In this document: in pieces, positions 53,017 to 64,000 of the stretch
Layout of the letters: each line of letters begins with the position of its first letter
Numbering within the stretch: the stretch's first letter is position 1
Translations under genes and position numbers: made by a program
NCBI RefSeq assembly: GCF_006345805.1
Contig: NC_043009.1
Location: forward strand, 19,406,001 to 19,470,000
Source of the DNA: Octopus sinensis
Taxonomy: Eukaryota
Length of the DNA stretch: 64,000 nucleotides
Direction of reading: 5' to 3'
Notes under the pieces: model-generated
Database searches by the model: none
Told to the model about the DNA's origin: nothing
What the model saw: the letters and a program-made list of their open reading frames with translations, nothing else

Positions 53017-56000
53017 TCTGTTACAAATATTTTGTTGTATTTAAACAAGAATAATTGAGGTTTTCTGTTGAATTATATTGTTAAAAATGAATGCTATGAT
53101 TTGAAATCATCCCAGTGAATATTTTTTTTAAATGTTGATCAAAAATCCTTTCCATTGGAATTATTTGTAAACTCCAGTTGAAACTTCTCTTTCAAATGAA
53201 TGAAATATATTTCAAACAGAAATCACTTGTTAAATTGAGAAACTGATAAAGAATCTATAAATGTTTTAATTGATTATGATAAAGAATATGTTTCAGAAAT
53301 GAAAAGAAGCATGAGAAATAATTACAGTAGGGTTAATTGTGGGGATTAGGGAAAACATTCAAGGCTAATTAGCATCAGTTGCAACTAATTTCTCAAACAT
53401 TGACAAAGTAAAACTCTGTTGCTCTTCTTTAATTTTCCTCCAATCAACTTTATCCTGAAGAAGGATTCTATCCAGAAGATTGGATACTCCACTCCCCACC
53501 CCATGGCAATTTCACTGAACTCTGCCGATTCAATTAACATTGGTTGGAAGTGATGGGGTGAGGGGGTGGGGATGGGAGTAAGAGAAACAAGGGAGACAAC
53601 TCCAAAGGTTTGTTTTTATCATCAACCGAAGCATTAACTTTGCCATAATTTACACTAGTAAATAACATATACATATATATATATATATATGAGAATAGGA
53701 AAAAAGCATTACGGATTGTTTAATTTTGCTTTTTGGTCACATAATAATAATAACAGAAGATAAAAGAATCATTAGAGTGTTGGAAAAAATACCTTGTAGT
53801 ATTTGGTTGTGGTGCTTCATGCTCGAAGTTCAAATCCTGCCAAAATCAACTTTACCTTTCATCCATCCAAGGTTAGTAAACTGAAGTTCCAATCAATCTG
53901 ATATAAACACTGTAAGTTATTTTTTTTTAGTTAATTAACCTGCAACTTTCACAACTTGATTTCTTTTCCTTTCATAATTTTTTCTTCTCAAATTTATCCC
54001 AGCCTATTCTTCTATCAATTCTTTAAACAAGTCAAGTCATTTGGTTGGAATTAATTTAAGAGACAAAAGTATTTCCTTGATGGGAATCTAATAGTCTTGA
54101 TATGTACTCTTTGATTTGTTATGTTACTGATATATATATATAGCTTGAACTAAAGTTTCTGTAATGAAAACAAGGAGTTTTGGAGTATTTTTGTCACTGT
54201 ATATACTCAGGTACTCCAATACACCCTATGGCTTTCTTGTGATTTCATCTGATCAAAGATTCCAAAGTCATCCATTTGAAAGAGTTGTAAGTAAACTTGG
54301 AGTAGTAAATGTATTTGTTGAATTTATCAAAATGAAATTTATGTTTGCTCTACTGACTCTGTATTGTTGAATCTTAGCATTGAGTACTTTTATTGTATAT
54401 ATGTACATACAAACATATATTAACAAACATACACATATGTGCATGCACACACATGTATGTTTATACACATACACACACACAGACACTTGTTAAATATATC
54501 ACTTCACCTAAATGGTGTGGATTTACATGGCTATTTAAAGAAACTTAAATATTCCAAGTGAGAGATAAATGAAATCTTGTCTTCCTTCTTTCCATAGTCC
54601 TAATCTGTTATCCAGTTTGGCACCCCTAACACATCCTTGGGTATCTTCAACAGAATCCATTTTGTTGCAAGCATTCACATCAGATCTCTAGTCTGTGGAT
54701 AACATCCTGTTACCATTCTTAGAGACTCTGATGAAGGTCTTGGACATTGCCTTTCCTACTTTGGTAGAAATATAGACGGTCAGTTAACACTGGTTGCCTG
54801 AACCATTTTGGCAGACATCTCTTGAGAATCATCACTTATTGATGATGATGTTGTGGCTTAGTTTCACGTCAGCCTTCATATGACTTTCTCAGGCATAGCA
54901 TATCTAAGACTACATTATCTATTGTGTCACCTCCCTTTTTTTAAGATGTTATTTTACTGGTTTCACTCAGTGGACTCTGGCCATGCTGGGGCACAACCTT
55001 TGATTGGTTTTTAATTCATTGTATTGATCCCAGTACTGATTTTAGTTGGGTTGGTGTCTATTTTATCAGTCTCTATTTATCAAATCACTAAGTTACCCTT
55101 TTAACATAAAGGGACACAACTTGACATTGGTTTTACACCAGTAAATACACACACACACATACACACACACATTTATATACTTGCATTCACATTAAGGTTT
55201 CCTACACCATTTCCATCTCCCAAATTCTGTTGACAAGGCATTGGCCAACCCAAGGCGCTGCTGTCAGACATTTGCCCAAGGTGCCATATTGAGGGTTTGA
55301 ACTCAGGACCATGTGGTTGTGAAGTGAACTTTTTAATCAAACAATGCAGCTATGCCTGAAGATGTAATTTGAGGGAGATTTGGTTGCTATTTCTAGCATG
55401 TATGACTACTATATAAACAAGTTCATTTCAGTCCTGTTTCTTGTTTATGTTTGTCACAACTCTCTTTGTCTTGCCAATATTTCTTCACTTTTGTTGTGAA
55501 TTATTAAAGTAAACCACACCCACTTCATTAGCAATGCATTAATTAGTTGCTTTTTAAATGGTCCCCTTTCTTGGTTTGTTGTTAATTCCAGTATGATGGT
55601 AATAATGGAAAAGTTAGTTTAGATTGTCAATTCTTTGAGCTTGTTGTATGCAACATGAGGTAATGTTAGTTGGTGAGATTAGATGTAGGTAGAATGAGTT
55701 CAAATAGAAGCTATGGTAGTTATTAATTAGTATCAATAAAAGCTGGTAACATGGTCTAGTGGTAAGGGTGTTGTTGCACTCATGATCGCATAATCACAGG
55801 TTCAATTCTTGAAACAGATGTGCATTATGTTTTTGAGCAAAACACTTCATTTTACATCGCTCCAGTCCATTCAGTTGTAAATGGGTTCCCCCCTGGCATC
55901 CTGTTCTGGAAGAATGTTGGCCTGACCATCTACCCAAGGAGGTAGCATCATTCAGAAGCTACAATAATGCAAGGAAGTGTATTGTAACTAGTGGTGTGTA

Positions 56001-59000
56001 ACAACATCTGATAGTCTTGCCAATCCAGTGATACAGTTATGTAGTCATCATAGTTCCATGTATCTATCTCTCTCTAGTGTTACTATAGTTTCATAGAGTT
56101 ACTCTCTCTCTAAATTTGATTTTTAAATGTTATTCAAAAAAAAAAAATGTACCATATCTTTACGAAATTAGAAAATATAGATTGAGTTGCACTTTACTGA
56201 AAGTTTCCAAGGACCAATTGTGTCTGATAATTCTTCAGAAATCCATGTCATTAGCATTGTTGGAATTACTTCTTCATTACATACTTTGCACCAGAAAATA
56301 GTTTTAATCTCAATCATTCATATGAAATAATGTCTCCCTGTGAAAAATGGTTTGGCCTTTGCAGTTTGTCTTGAAACAAAGTCTTTTCCTTGACTTGTGA
56401 TTCTTGCCCTTTTGGACAAAATGCTGTCCAGTATTTAGTCAGATCAGTTTCAGCTCTGAGTTCAAATCATGCCAAAGTCGACTGTACCAATCATTCTTCA
56501 GGGGTTGATTAAAATAAAGTTCCAATTAAGTTTTAGGGGTCAAGCTAATTAATTAATTAATTAATTATATACAATCGATTATATCCGTCCCCAAAATATG
56601 TGGCCTTGTGCCTCCCTTAGAAATCAATAACTATGTTGCTTGCCCCCCGCCTCCCACTATAAATCCTTTCTGCTCAATTATAATAAGGCAGAAGAAAGAT
56701 AATCAATAATAAATTAATAAATTAATACTAATTAATAAATTAATACTAATTAATAAATTAATACTAATTATTCATTGATTTCAAGAGAAGAAATGGTGAA
56801 GCTAATAAAAGGTGGGGTTTGATTATAAATTAGTGGATAGTGGATACTTGGTTGATTTACTCCAATCTAAGTAATCTGCAGTGGTGGCCACTGAGAACAT
56901 ATCGATGTATCTGTGATAACAATACAGTGTTCAAAAACACTGAGTCTCTGGGTTACAATAATTGTTGTTGTTGTTTTTTAACCCCCCCACCTCCAGGTCA
57001 GACCTTATGATGAAAGACATTCAAGTTGCAGTGATCTTATCTTAAGGTATAATGCATCCAAAGCTACAGCATCCTGGATGGATGGGCTTCTTTCATAATT
57101 TTAAAGACAATATGAGGTGTTTTGCCTGTTATTTCTAGCAAGTCTAGTGAGCAAGTAATGGCTTACCCCTGCCTCTTCAGTTCATGGTTTACAGTCTAAG
57201 AACTTCTTTGGGTGGAAAATATCAATGAATGATGTGTTGAGATAGTTAGGATGGATGGTCATGTTTAGAACGTTATAGTTTGAGTCCTGCCATGGGTTGT
57301 AGACATGCTAGAGCAGTACTGGCTGAATTTAATAACAGATCTGTTGCAATCCTAATTCCACTAAGCTGCCAATACTGCATTTGTTAATCTAGCTTCTGTA
57401 GCCACAGAATGTTTAGTGAAATAGTTTGGTAAATCTTATATGACACAACTTGGAACTACTTGTAGTAACTTCTGGAAACAACCGAATGAACTAATTGACA
57501 TGCTAACTTACTATGCAGCACTCTTGAAATAAAGCAATTGAGTTGAGTTAAATTTAAATTAACATTAATTTTTCTCAGCTTTTTATCCTGCCATAAAATG
57601 TCTAAAATTCTAAAATGTTTGTTGTTTAAAAAAACAAAATCAGACATGAAATATTTTGTTTTGTACCTTTTTAGTATAAAAATTGTATTTGATTGAATAT
57701 TTATAACAATTTTCCTTTTGGTAAAAAAAACAAAACAATTTAGGTTTTCTCAGAGAAGTTATTTTGTCTTGCACTTGATTCCAAAGCCTTCAATATTCCA
57801 AAATATTGGCTTCTTTTAACAAATGAATCAATACAAAGGTCATATTTCTGCTTTATCTGACATTTCTATTTAACAGAACGTCATATTCTTCAATATAATT
57901 ATGTTTTGAAATAGAATTAAATTCTTGCATATTTTAGCAGGATTGCACTTTTTTTCTTTTTAAATTTTTTTTTTTTTCAGTAGAATTATTTTATATTTAG
58001 GAGTTGTTGATTTTGGGGGTTGTTTTTATATTCAAGTATTTATAGAAAATTTATTTTGGCTAGAATTACATTTAACTCTAAACTTGACCATTGTTTTATA
58101 TGGCACACGCTGTCTCATCATTGTAGAATTGACACTTTATTGGTTTAATCAGTTTTGGAGAAATATTTGTATATTATATCATTCGATACAATTCTTGGTC
58201 ACAATAATGGCAGCAGGTGGTGAACTAATGGTGGTCTGTTAGAGATAAGACAACTTTTAGTTCTGTTTGTTGCCAAATATGAGACCAACAGAGATTTCTC
58301 AAATGACACATCTCTGTTGGTACAAGAACCTTGGTTGGAAATATTGTTTTGTTTTCTCTCTTTGATTGAGGCCAGATTTTAAATCTTGCTCACCAGTAAT
58401 ATAAATGGTCTTCTGAGCAAGAACTAGAAAATCAGGAAGAGAGAAAAACATTCCTACCATAATGTCATTTATTAGAATATCTTTTTGTCCCTCCATGTTC
58501 TAAGGGAATGGCCACAGCACATGGGGGTGATAATGAATTGAAGCTTTCGGCTGCAACTGCTGAAATATATTACAGAACAAAAAAATTGTCTGCCATCTGC
58601 AGACAAAGTGGGATAATATATCATATTTCTCCTGGTCAAAGAAAAATAAAAAAAAGAAATCATTTGATTTTGTTTAAGTTTCTATGACTTTTTATTTTCT
58701 TCACAAATAATTCTTTTTCTCTGTAATATTTTGAGAAAGTTGTTATAAACTCCATTCTCTTTTTACATCAAAGTAAGACAATCTTCCAAATGTCTCAGTT
58801 AGAAATAATTACCATGGCTTGTCTTAATCTTTCTCTGTTTTCCCAATGAACTGTTTCACGTGTACACTATTCTTTTGTAAGTTCATTTATTAAAAATTGG
58901 TTGGATTCTTTATAACACAACTATTTTTATAAATAAAAAAATTCATTCTTTACAAATGTTCTTTGCTTTGTTTTGTGAATTTTATTGTTTTGAAATTTTT

Positions 59001-60499
59001 CATTTGTTTCAGTCATTAGACTGTGGCCATGCTGGGGCACCTCCTTGAAGAGTTTTTAGTCAAATGAATCAACCCCAGTACTTGTTTGTTAAGCTTGGTA
59101 CTTATTTTATCGGTCTCTTTTGCTGAACCAGTAAGTCATGGGGATGTAAACAAACCAACACTGGTTGTCAAGTAGTGGTAGGGGATAAACACACACACAT
59201 ACAATATATATATACGATGGGCTTCTTTCAGTTTCTGTCTTCCAAATCTGCTTCTGAAGGTTTTGGTTGGTCCAAGGCTATAGTAGAAGACACTTGCCCA
59301 AGGTGTCACATAGTGGGACTGAACCCAGAACCATGTGGTTGTGAAACAAACTTTTTACCACCCAGTCAAGCCTGCATCAATATGAAACTAGAGCTTTTCT
59401 ATTTTGATAATAACTCTTTCAACCTTGGAGGGATTAAACAAATCCAACACCAGCAGGCATGGCTATGTAGTTAAGAAGTTCACCTTGGAGTTATGTAGCT
59501 TCAGGTTCAAACTTACTGAATGGTACTTTGTATAAGAGTTTTCTGATCATGGCATCACGTCAGCCAAACCGTTGTAACTGAAATTTGATTGGGAGAAATA
59601 TTTTGATCGAAGACTCCTGTAATATTTGCTCTGTATTGTGTAAATGAAACTCCCTTCTATCCACTCATTGCCAAAAATACAATTACCCATTTGTTCATTG
59701 GGAAACTGTAACAAGCAGACTGTGTTTTGATAATTGGGTTTTAAAATCGGTTTCAAAATCTCTCAGAAGTGGGGGATTGATTGATTTACATTTTGATAAT
59801 TAAATCAGTTGTGGTTATGTGATTGTGAAGTTGGCTGCTGGTCTGTGTGGTTCCAAGTTCAGTCCCACTGCATGGCACCATGGGCAAGTGCTGCCTCCTA
59901 CTAGAATCCCTGGCCAACTAATGCCTTATAAGGGAATTTGATATAGATGGGAACCAAAAGAAGCTCACCATGTATGTGTGTGCATGTACATGTGTCTATG
60001 TGTGTATGCCTCTGTGTGTGTGTGTATGCATGCCTCTGTGTGTGTGTATGTGTTTTCCCTAACTCATCTGTAGGCCTTATAATGAACCACATGAAAACAA
60101 ACGTCACATGGTCCAGAGATGTAGCACAAGATCGAATAGAGGTGAGAAGCCAATAAATGAAAGGGGTAAAGGAGTGGGTCTACCTAGGGCACACAGTGAA
60201 TATGTGCTGAGATATGGCTAAGTTCAAGTTCCACTCAGCTGCACATGTTGCAAAGTCCACAGACAACAGGTGGACTGGTGCAGTTGCTGAGTGGCAGAAG
60301 ATTGGAAAAGCCAGTTGGAAAGGCCTCTGTGATGAGGGGGAGACTGTTTAGTTAAGAGATTTGCAACAAGATGGAAAAGATTAGCACAATCCAGCAAGAA
60401 CCGGAAGTGCATTATGACTCCCAACAATATCTAATGGTCTTGGTCGATTCAGTGATTCAGTGATTTAGGATTGCTGGTCAGCGCTAGTTTCCTCTAGGA

Positions 60500-60757
60500 C
60501 AGTGATTCTCAACCATTTCCCCCCCCAACGGACCCCTTAGATTTCTATTTTTCATGGGAGTTGGGGTGGGGGTCCTCATAGTCACTTGATGTTTAAAAAA
60601 TTGTATTATAATTAAATATTATAAGGAATTGTATAAAAATATAGTTAACATATTTTGTTTATTGTAGAAGTATAACAAGTTTATGGCAGATAAACTTTAA
60701 CGACAAAACTTTATATTGACTCCTAAAGGTCATATGAGCCCTGGTTTAGAACCTCTG
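60500..60757. mobile_element. hAT (Charlie-like) MITE
   Basis: TIRs cagtgattctcaacc / ggtttagaacctctg (12 of 15 match); partial ctct-containing 8-bp flanks. Confidence 0.5.
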
Positions 60758-60829
60758 CTCTCAGTCTACTGTTTTCTTTAAATAACTTTTTTCCCTAGAA
60801 TTATAATTACGCCTTCAGAGAGATTAGTT

Positions 60830-61030
60830 AAGGAGAGATACGAGACTATGTTCTCAATTTATTATAATTTATTCGTTACACGCACCTTACCGATAATTAA
60901 AGCGGTATAAAATATCCGGAACAATTTAAAAGGCGGAATGTTTATAGATTTACACCGTTGTCTTGATGTCAATGAATAATCATGTGTTTAGGTCTGAGTT
61001 GATTAAAATCAACTTTTGTGAAACAACTAA
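60830..61030 (+). promoter_or_regulatory. Probable MOCS1 promoter/5' UTR region
   Basis: Local CpG retention in an otherwise CpG-poor window, immediately upstream of the first coding exon. No specific element was identified. Confidence 0.3.
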
Positions 61031-61129
61031 ATGTTGCCGCATCTGTATAATGGGAAGAATATGATATGCATATTTCGGAGAGCCTTCTGGCCTACTGCGC
61101 GGAATTATGCTTTATTGCGACATTTACAG
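61031..61129 (+). CDS. MOCS1: MOCS1 probable exon 1 (MLPHLYNGKNMICIFRRAFWPTARNYALLRHLQ), mitochondrial presequence-like
   Basis: ATG at 61031 (second in-frame ATG at 61061), 33 open codons, donor CAG|GTAAGT. Its phase 0 fits the next exon. The peptide is Arg-rich with no acidic residues, and the surroundings retain CpG. Confidence 0.72.
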
Positions 61130-61502
61130 GTAAGTTCAGTTTAATAATGAGTCTGTTGTAAAAGTTAATGCTGAATGTTTTAAGTTTCAACTTTTCTCTG
61201 TTTGCAATGTTAGAACTTGACCGAATTCTTCAAATGAAGACTGAAAGAGTAATCTTCTGAAATTAAGAAATTAATATTTTGTTAACTATTTATTTAAAAA
61301 ACACTTCCGATTTGTTTCTTTGACAGAACATCTTTGTCGTTTGTAATTATATAATTTTCAAGGTGGAAGGTGTTATTATGCACTAAACTGCGACACTAAT
61401 TAATTTAGTTTTAAGCTTCGAATCAAGACAATTACGAAAAGAGCAAGTGTCAACTGCTTGCGTACTTCATTAATAGAATTCCTTATAAATGTGTCTGATG
61501 CG

Positions 61503-61721
61503 AATGCAGTTTCGCACCTCTCCTTGAAAATGCAGGGGTTTTTTTGTTTTTTTTTTAAATTGGGGGTAGAAAGGGCCGGGTAAAATTAACAAAAATTTTT
61601 TTTTTTGTATATTCGTAATCTTCGACACCTAAAACAAAGGTTTCCGAAAATGGTTAACCATTTTGGAGAGCCTTCTGGCCTTCTGCGCGAAATTTTTTAA
61701 GGAAAGGTGCGAAACTGCATT
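61503..61721. mobile_element. 219-bp element with 28-bp inverted ends containing a 35-bp copy of MOCS1 exon 1
   Basis: 61503-61530 versus the reverse complement of 61694-61721 match at 26/28. Segment 61660-61694 matches 61072-61106 at 32/35. No target-site duplication was seen. Confidence 0.6.
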
Positions 61722-62276
61722 AACCCCTTGACTCTTTATTCTGAAAAGATTCTAGAAACAATTTGGGATTTTTTCATTCCTCTTTTATAAACTTACTTGC
61801 GTCTAGGGTACTTTTATACGGACTGTCGCTAAGTCCCTGCAACCCCTGCGGTCGCAGGGGGCCTCCGCGGTTGAGAGGTCCCACGTTAAGACCAAGGTAC
61901 ATAGATTAGCCATCTATGTACTTTGGTTAAGACGTTAACTGAAAATTTCAAACCAGACGAGTAAAAAAAATACGGGGGTGTACCGTAATGAAAGAAAAAC
62001 GAAAGAAATCCAAAACAATGAAAATAAGCACAACTTCAACAGAAAGACAAAAAAGAAAGGAAGCAATGGTGAAGAAAGGTGGGGATGTATACATACATGC
62101 AAACATACACACGCAGGCATACGTACATACACACTCACACACACACGACTGGCTTTTTTCTGTTTCCGTCTACCAAATCCATTCACAAGGCTTTGGCCAG
62201 CCCGGGTTGATAGATAGATAGATAGACGTGTGCCAAACATACATACATCTCTTAGTCTCTCTGTCTCCCCCCCTCC

Positions 62277-62307
<31 letters not shown>

Positions 62308-62874
62308 ACGTTGTTGAACAGCTGCTGGTCACTTTGTACCCAGAACAGTGTTCTTTGACCTCCTAAGGCAATAAAAACTGGAGACAAAATTTTTTCTGTA
62401 CCAAAAACAAGGCTCACGCGCGTGCACACACACACACACAAGTTTGTGTTTTTGTATGTATCTATCTATGTACATATAAAGATGTTCTTTTCTACTCTAG
62501 GCACAAAGCCCAAATTTTTGGGGGAGGTGGGGGCAGTTGATTAGATCGACTCCAGTATGCAACTGCTACTTAATATATTGACCCCCAAAAGAATGAAAGG
62601 CAAAATCGACCTCGGCTGAATTTGAACTCAGTATGTAGACAGACGAAATACCGCTAAGCATTTTTATAGGAATACAGATATTGTTTGCTCACTGTCACCA
62701 AGCATCTCAACTATTGTAACTATTTTGTGATCGAGGTATTTTATTTTGATTGAACATCAAGTGAAGAAAAGATCGGGCCAGTGAGATGGTGGAGAGGCCA
62801 CTAAGCATTTTGGGACACTCATATTCTCTCATGAGTCCAGATTTGTTGTATTTCCTGACGGTGATTGAGTGTGG

Positions 62875-63129
62875 GTTTCTTTAGCCGAACTGCTAAGTTA
62901 CAAGGACATAAACACACCATCAGTTGTCAAGTGATGTTGGGGGGACAAACACACACACACACACATATGACAAGCTTCTTTCAGTGTCTGTCTACCAAAT
63001 CCACTCACAAGGCTTTCATCAGTCCGAGGCTATAGTAGAAGACACTTGCCCAAGGTGCCATGCAGTGGGACTGAACCCAGAACCATGTGGTTCATAAGCA
63101 AACTACTTACCACACAGCCACTCCTGCGC
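62875..63129 (-). mobile_element. tRNA-derived SINE, same family as 41845-42218
   Basis: Reverse-complement head gcgcaggagtggctgtgtggtaagtag...gggttcagtcccactgcatggcaccttgggcaag. Confidence 0.8.
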
Positions 63130-63557
63130 ATATATATATATATATATATATAAAAAATAAAAACTCTAATTAGTGTTACACTTATGCCTTGACAACCGAT
63201 CAGGGCTGAAGTATTTCCTGACCCTGAAAGGGGTAATATATGATCAATGACCCATTCAGTTTCTATCAGAGAATGGTAAAACATGTTTGTGAAAGAAGAA
63301 TTTGTGTGCTTAAACAAAGAAAAGAAAAAAACATGATGGGCACGTGCTGTAATTTGTCTCCTTTATTCCACTCTACCAATATTCAAATGAGGTTTGCTTT
63401 GGAGTTTGTTTAATATCAAAATGAACCTCTTAACCCTCACCCTGACAGGAAGAGTTTATTTCATTGAATTTCTTTAAAAACGTTTTTTTTTTTTTTTTCA
63501 GTTTCTGTTTGAATTTAATTTCATTAATTTAGTTGAATTGGTTGAATTTTCTTGCAG

Positions 63558-63687
63558 ACAGTTCCATTGAAAACAGGGAATTATTTTGATAACAATGTTC
63601 TGCCTTTCTCTGCTTTTCTCACTGATAACTATGGCAGACAACACACATATCTACGGATATCTTTAACTGAAAGATGTAATTTTCGAT
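63558..63687 (+). CDS. MOCS1: MOCS1 (MoaA-like radical SAM cPMP synthase) coding exon ([44 protein letters not shown]); the gene continues beyond the window
   Basis: Acceptor ttttcttgcAG and donor CGAT|GTAAGT. [29 protein letters not shown] is the MOCS1A/MoaA N-terminal signature leading into the CxxxCxxC motif. Confidence 0.96.
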
Positions 63688-64000
63688 GTAAGTTCACACT
63701 TTAAAATATTCCACATTGTTTTGTGATTAAAATGTGTAATTAAACAGTTTTTTTTTAATGTTTCATTTATGATTCATTTATTCGTTAAGGTCATTACTAA
63801 CAGACCATCACCTTAGAGACAACTGCTGTCAGCTCTTCCTTTGTGAACTTAAATATACTTCAGAGTAATATGTTGATTGTATCATCTCACCAATGTGCTG
63901 GTGGCTCATAAAAAGCTCCCACTACACTCTTGGAGTGGTTGGTATTAGAAAGGGCATTGAGCCATAGAAAACTTTCCATATCAGACTGGAGCCTGGTGCA

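Noticed and set aside
52031-53048. Minus-strand ORFs of 65, 80 and 128 aa as an antisense gene
   Set aside because: The 80- and 128-aa ORFs are explained by an RTE 3' fragment and a 24-bp minisatellite; the 65-aa ORF has no homology or clear exon structure.
63790-63830. ttaAG|gtcattac as the next MOCS1 exon (would continue C-H-Y)
   Set aside because: Immediate in-frame TAA where the conserved CMP is required; the true exon is presumably beyond the window.

Overview
AT-rich, microsatellite-dense animal genomic DNA. The repeat landscape looks like an octopus/cephalopod genome (inference, not verified). Two host genes lie on the + strand. (1) A DUSP23-like small dual-specificity phosphatase has three shared coding exons (2546-2608, 8923-9088, 12796-12902). 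These are followed by TWO intact, homologous terminal exons (32738-32941 and 51518-51727), each carrying its own HCxxGxGRT catalytic loop. I found no second set of upstream exons between them, so the locus looks like one gene with a swappable active-site exon. (2) The first two coding exons of MOCS1 (molybdenum cofactor biosynthesis, MoaA-like radical SAM) lie at 61031-61129 and 63558-63687. The introns are filled with Penelope-like element (PLE) remnants carrying minimal hammerhead-ribozyme motifs, long fold-back hairpins, RTE and R4/Dong-type LINE fragments, mariner/Tc1 relics, MITEs, tRNA-derived SINEs and a roughly 3.4-kb (TA)n-derived array. All alignments were done by eye, and repeat boundaries are approximate unless stated.
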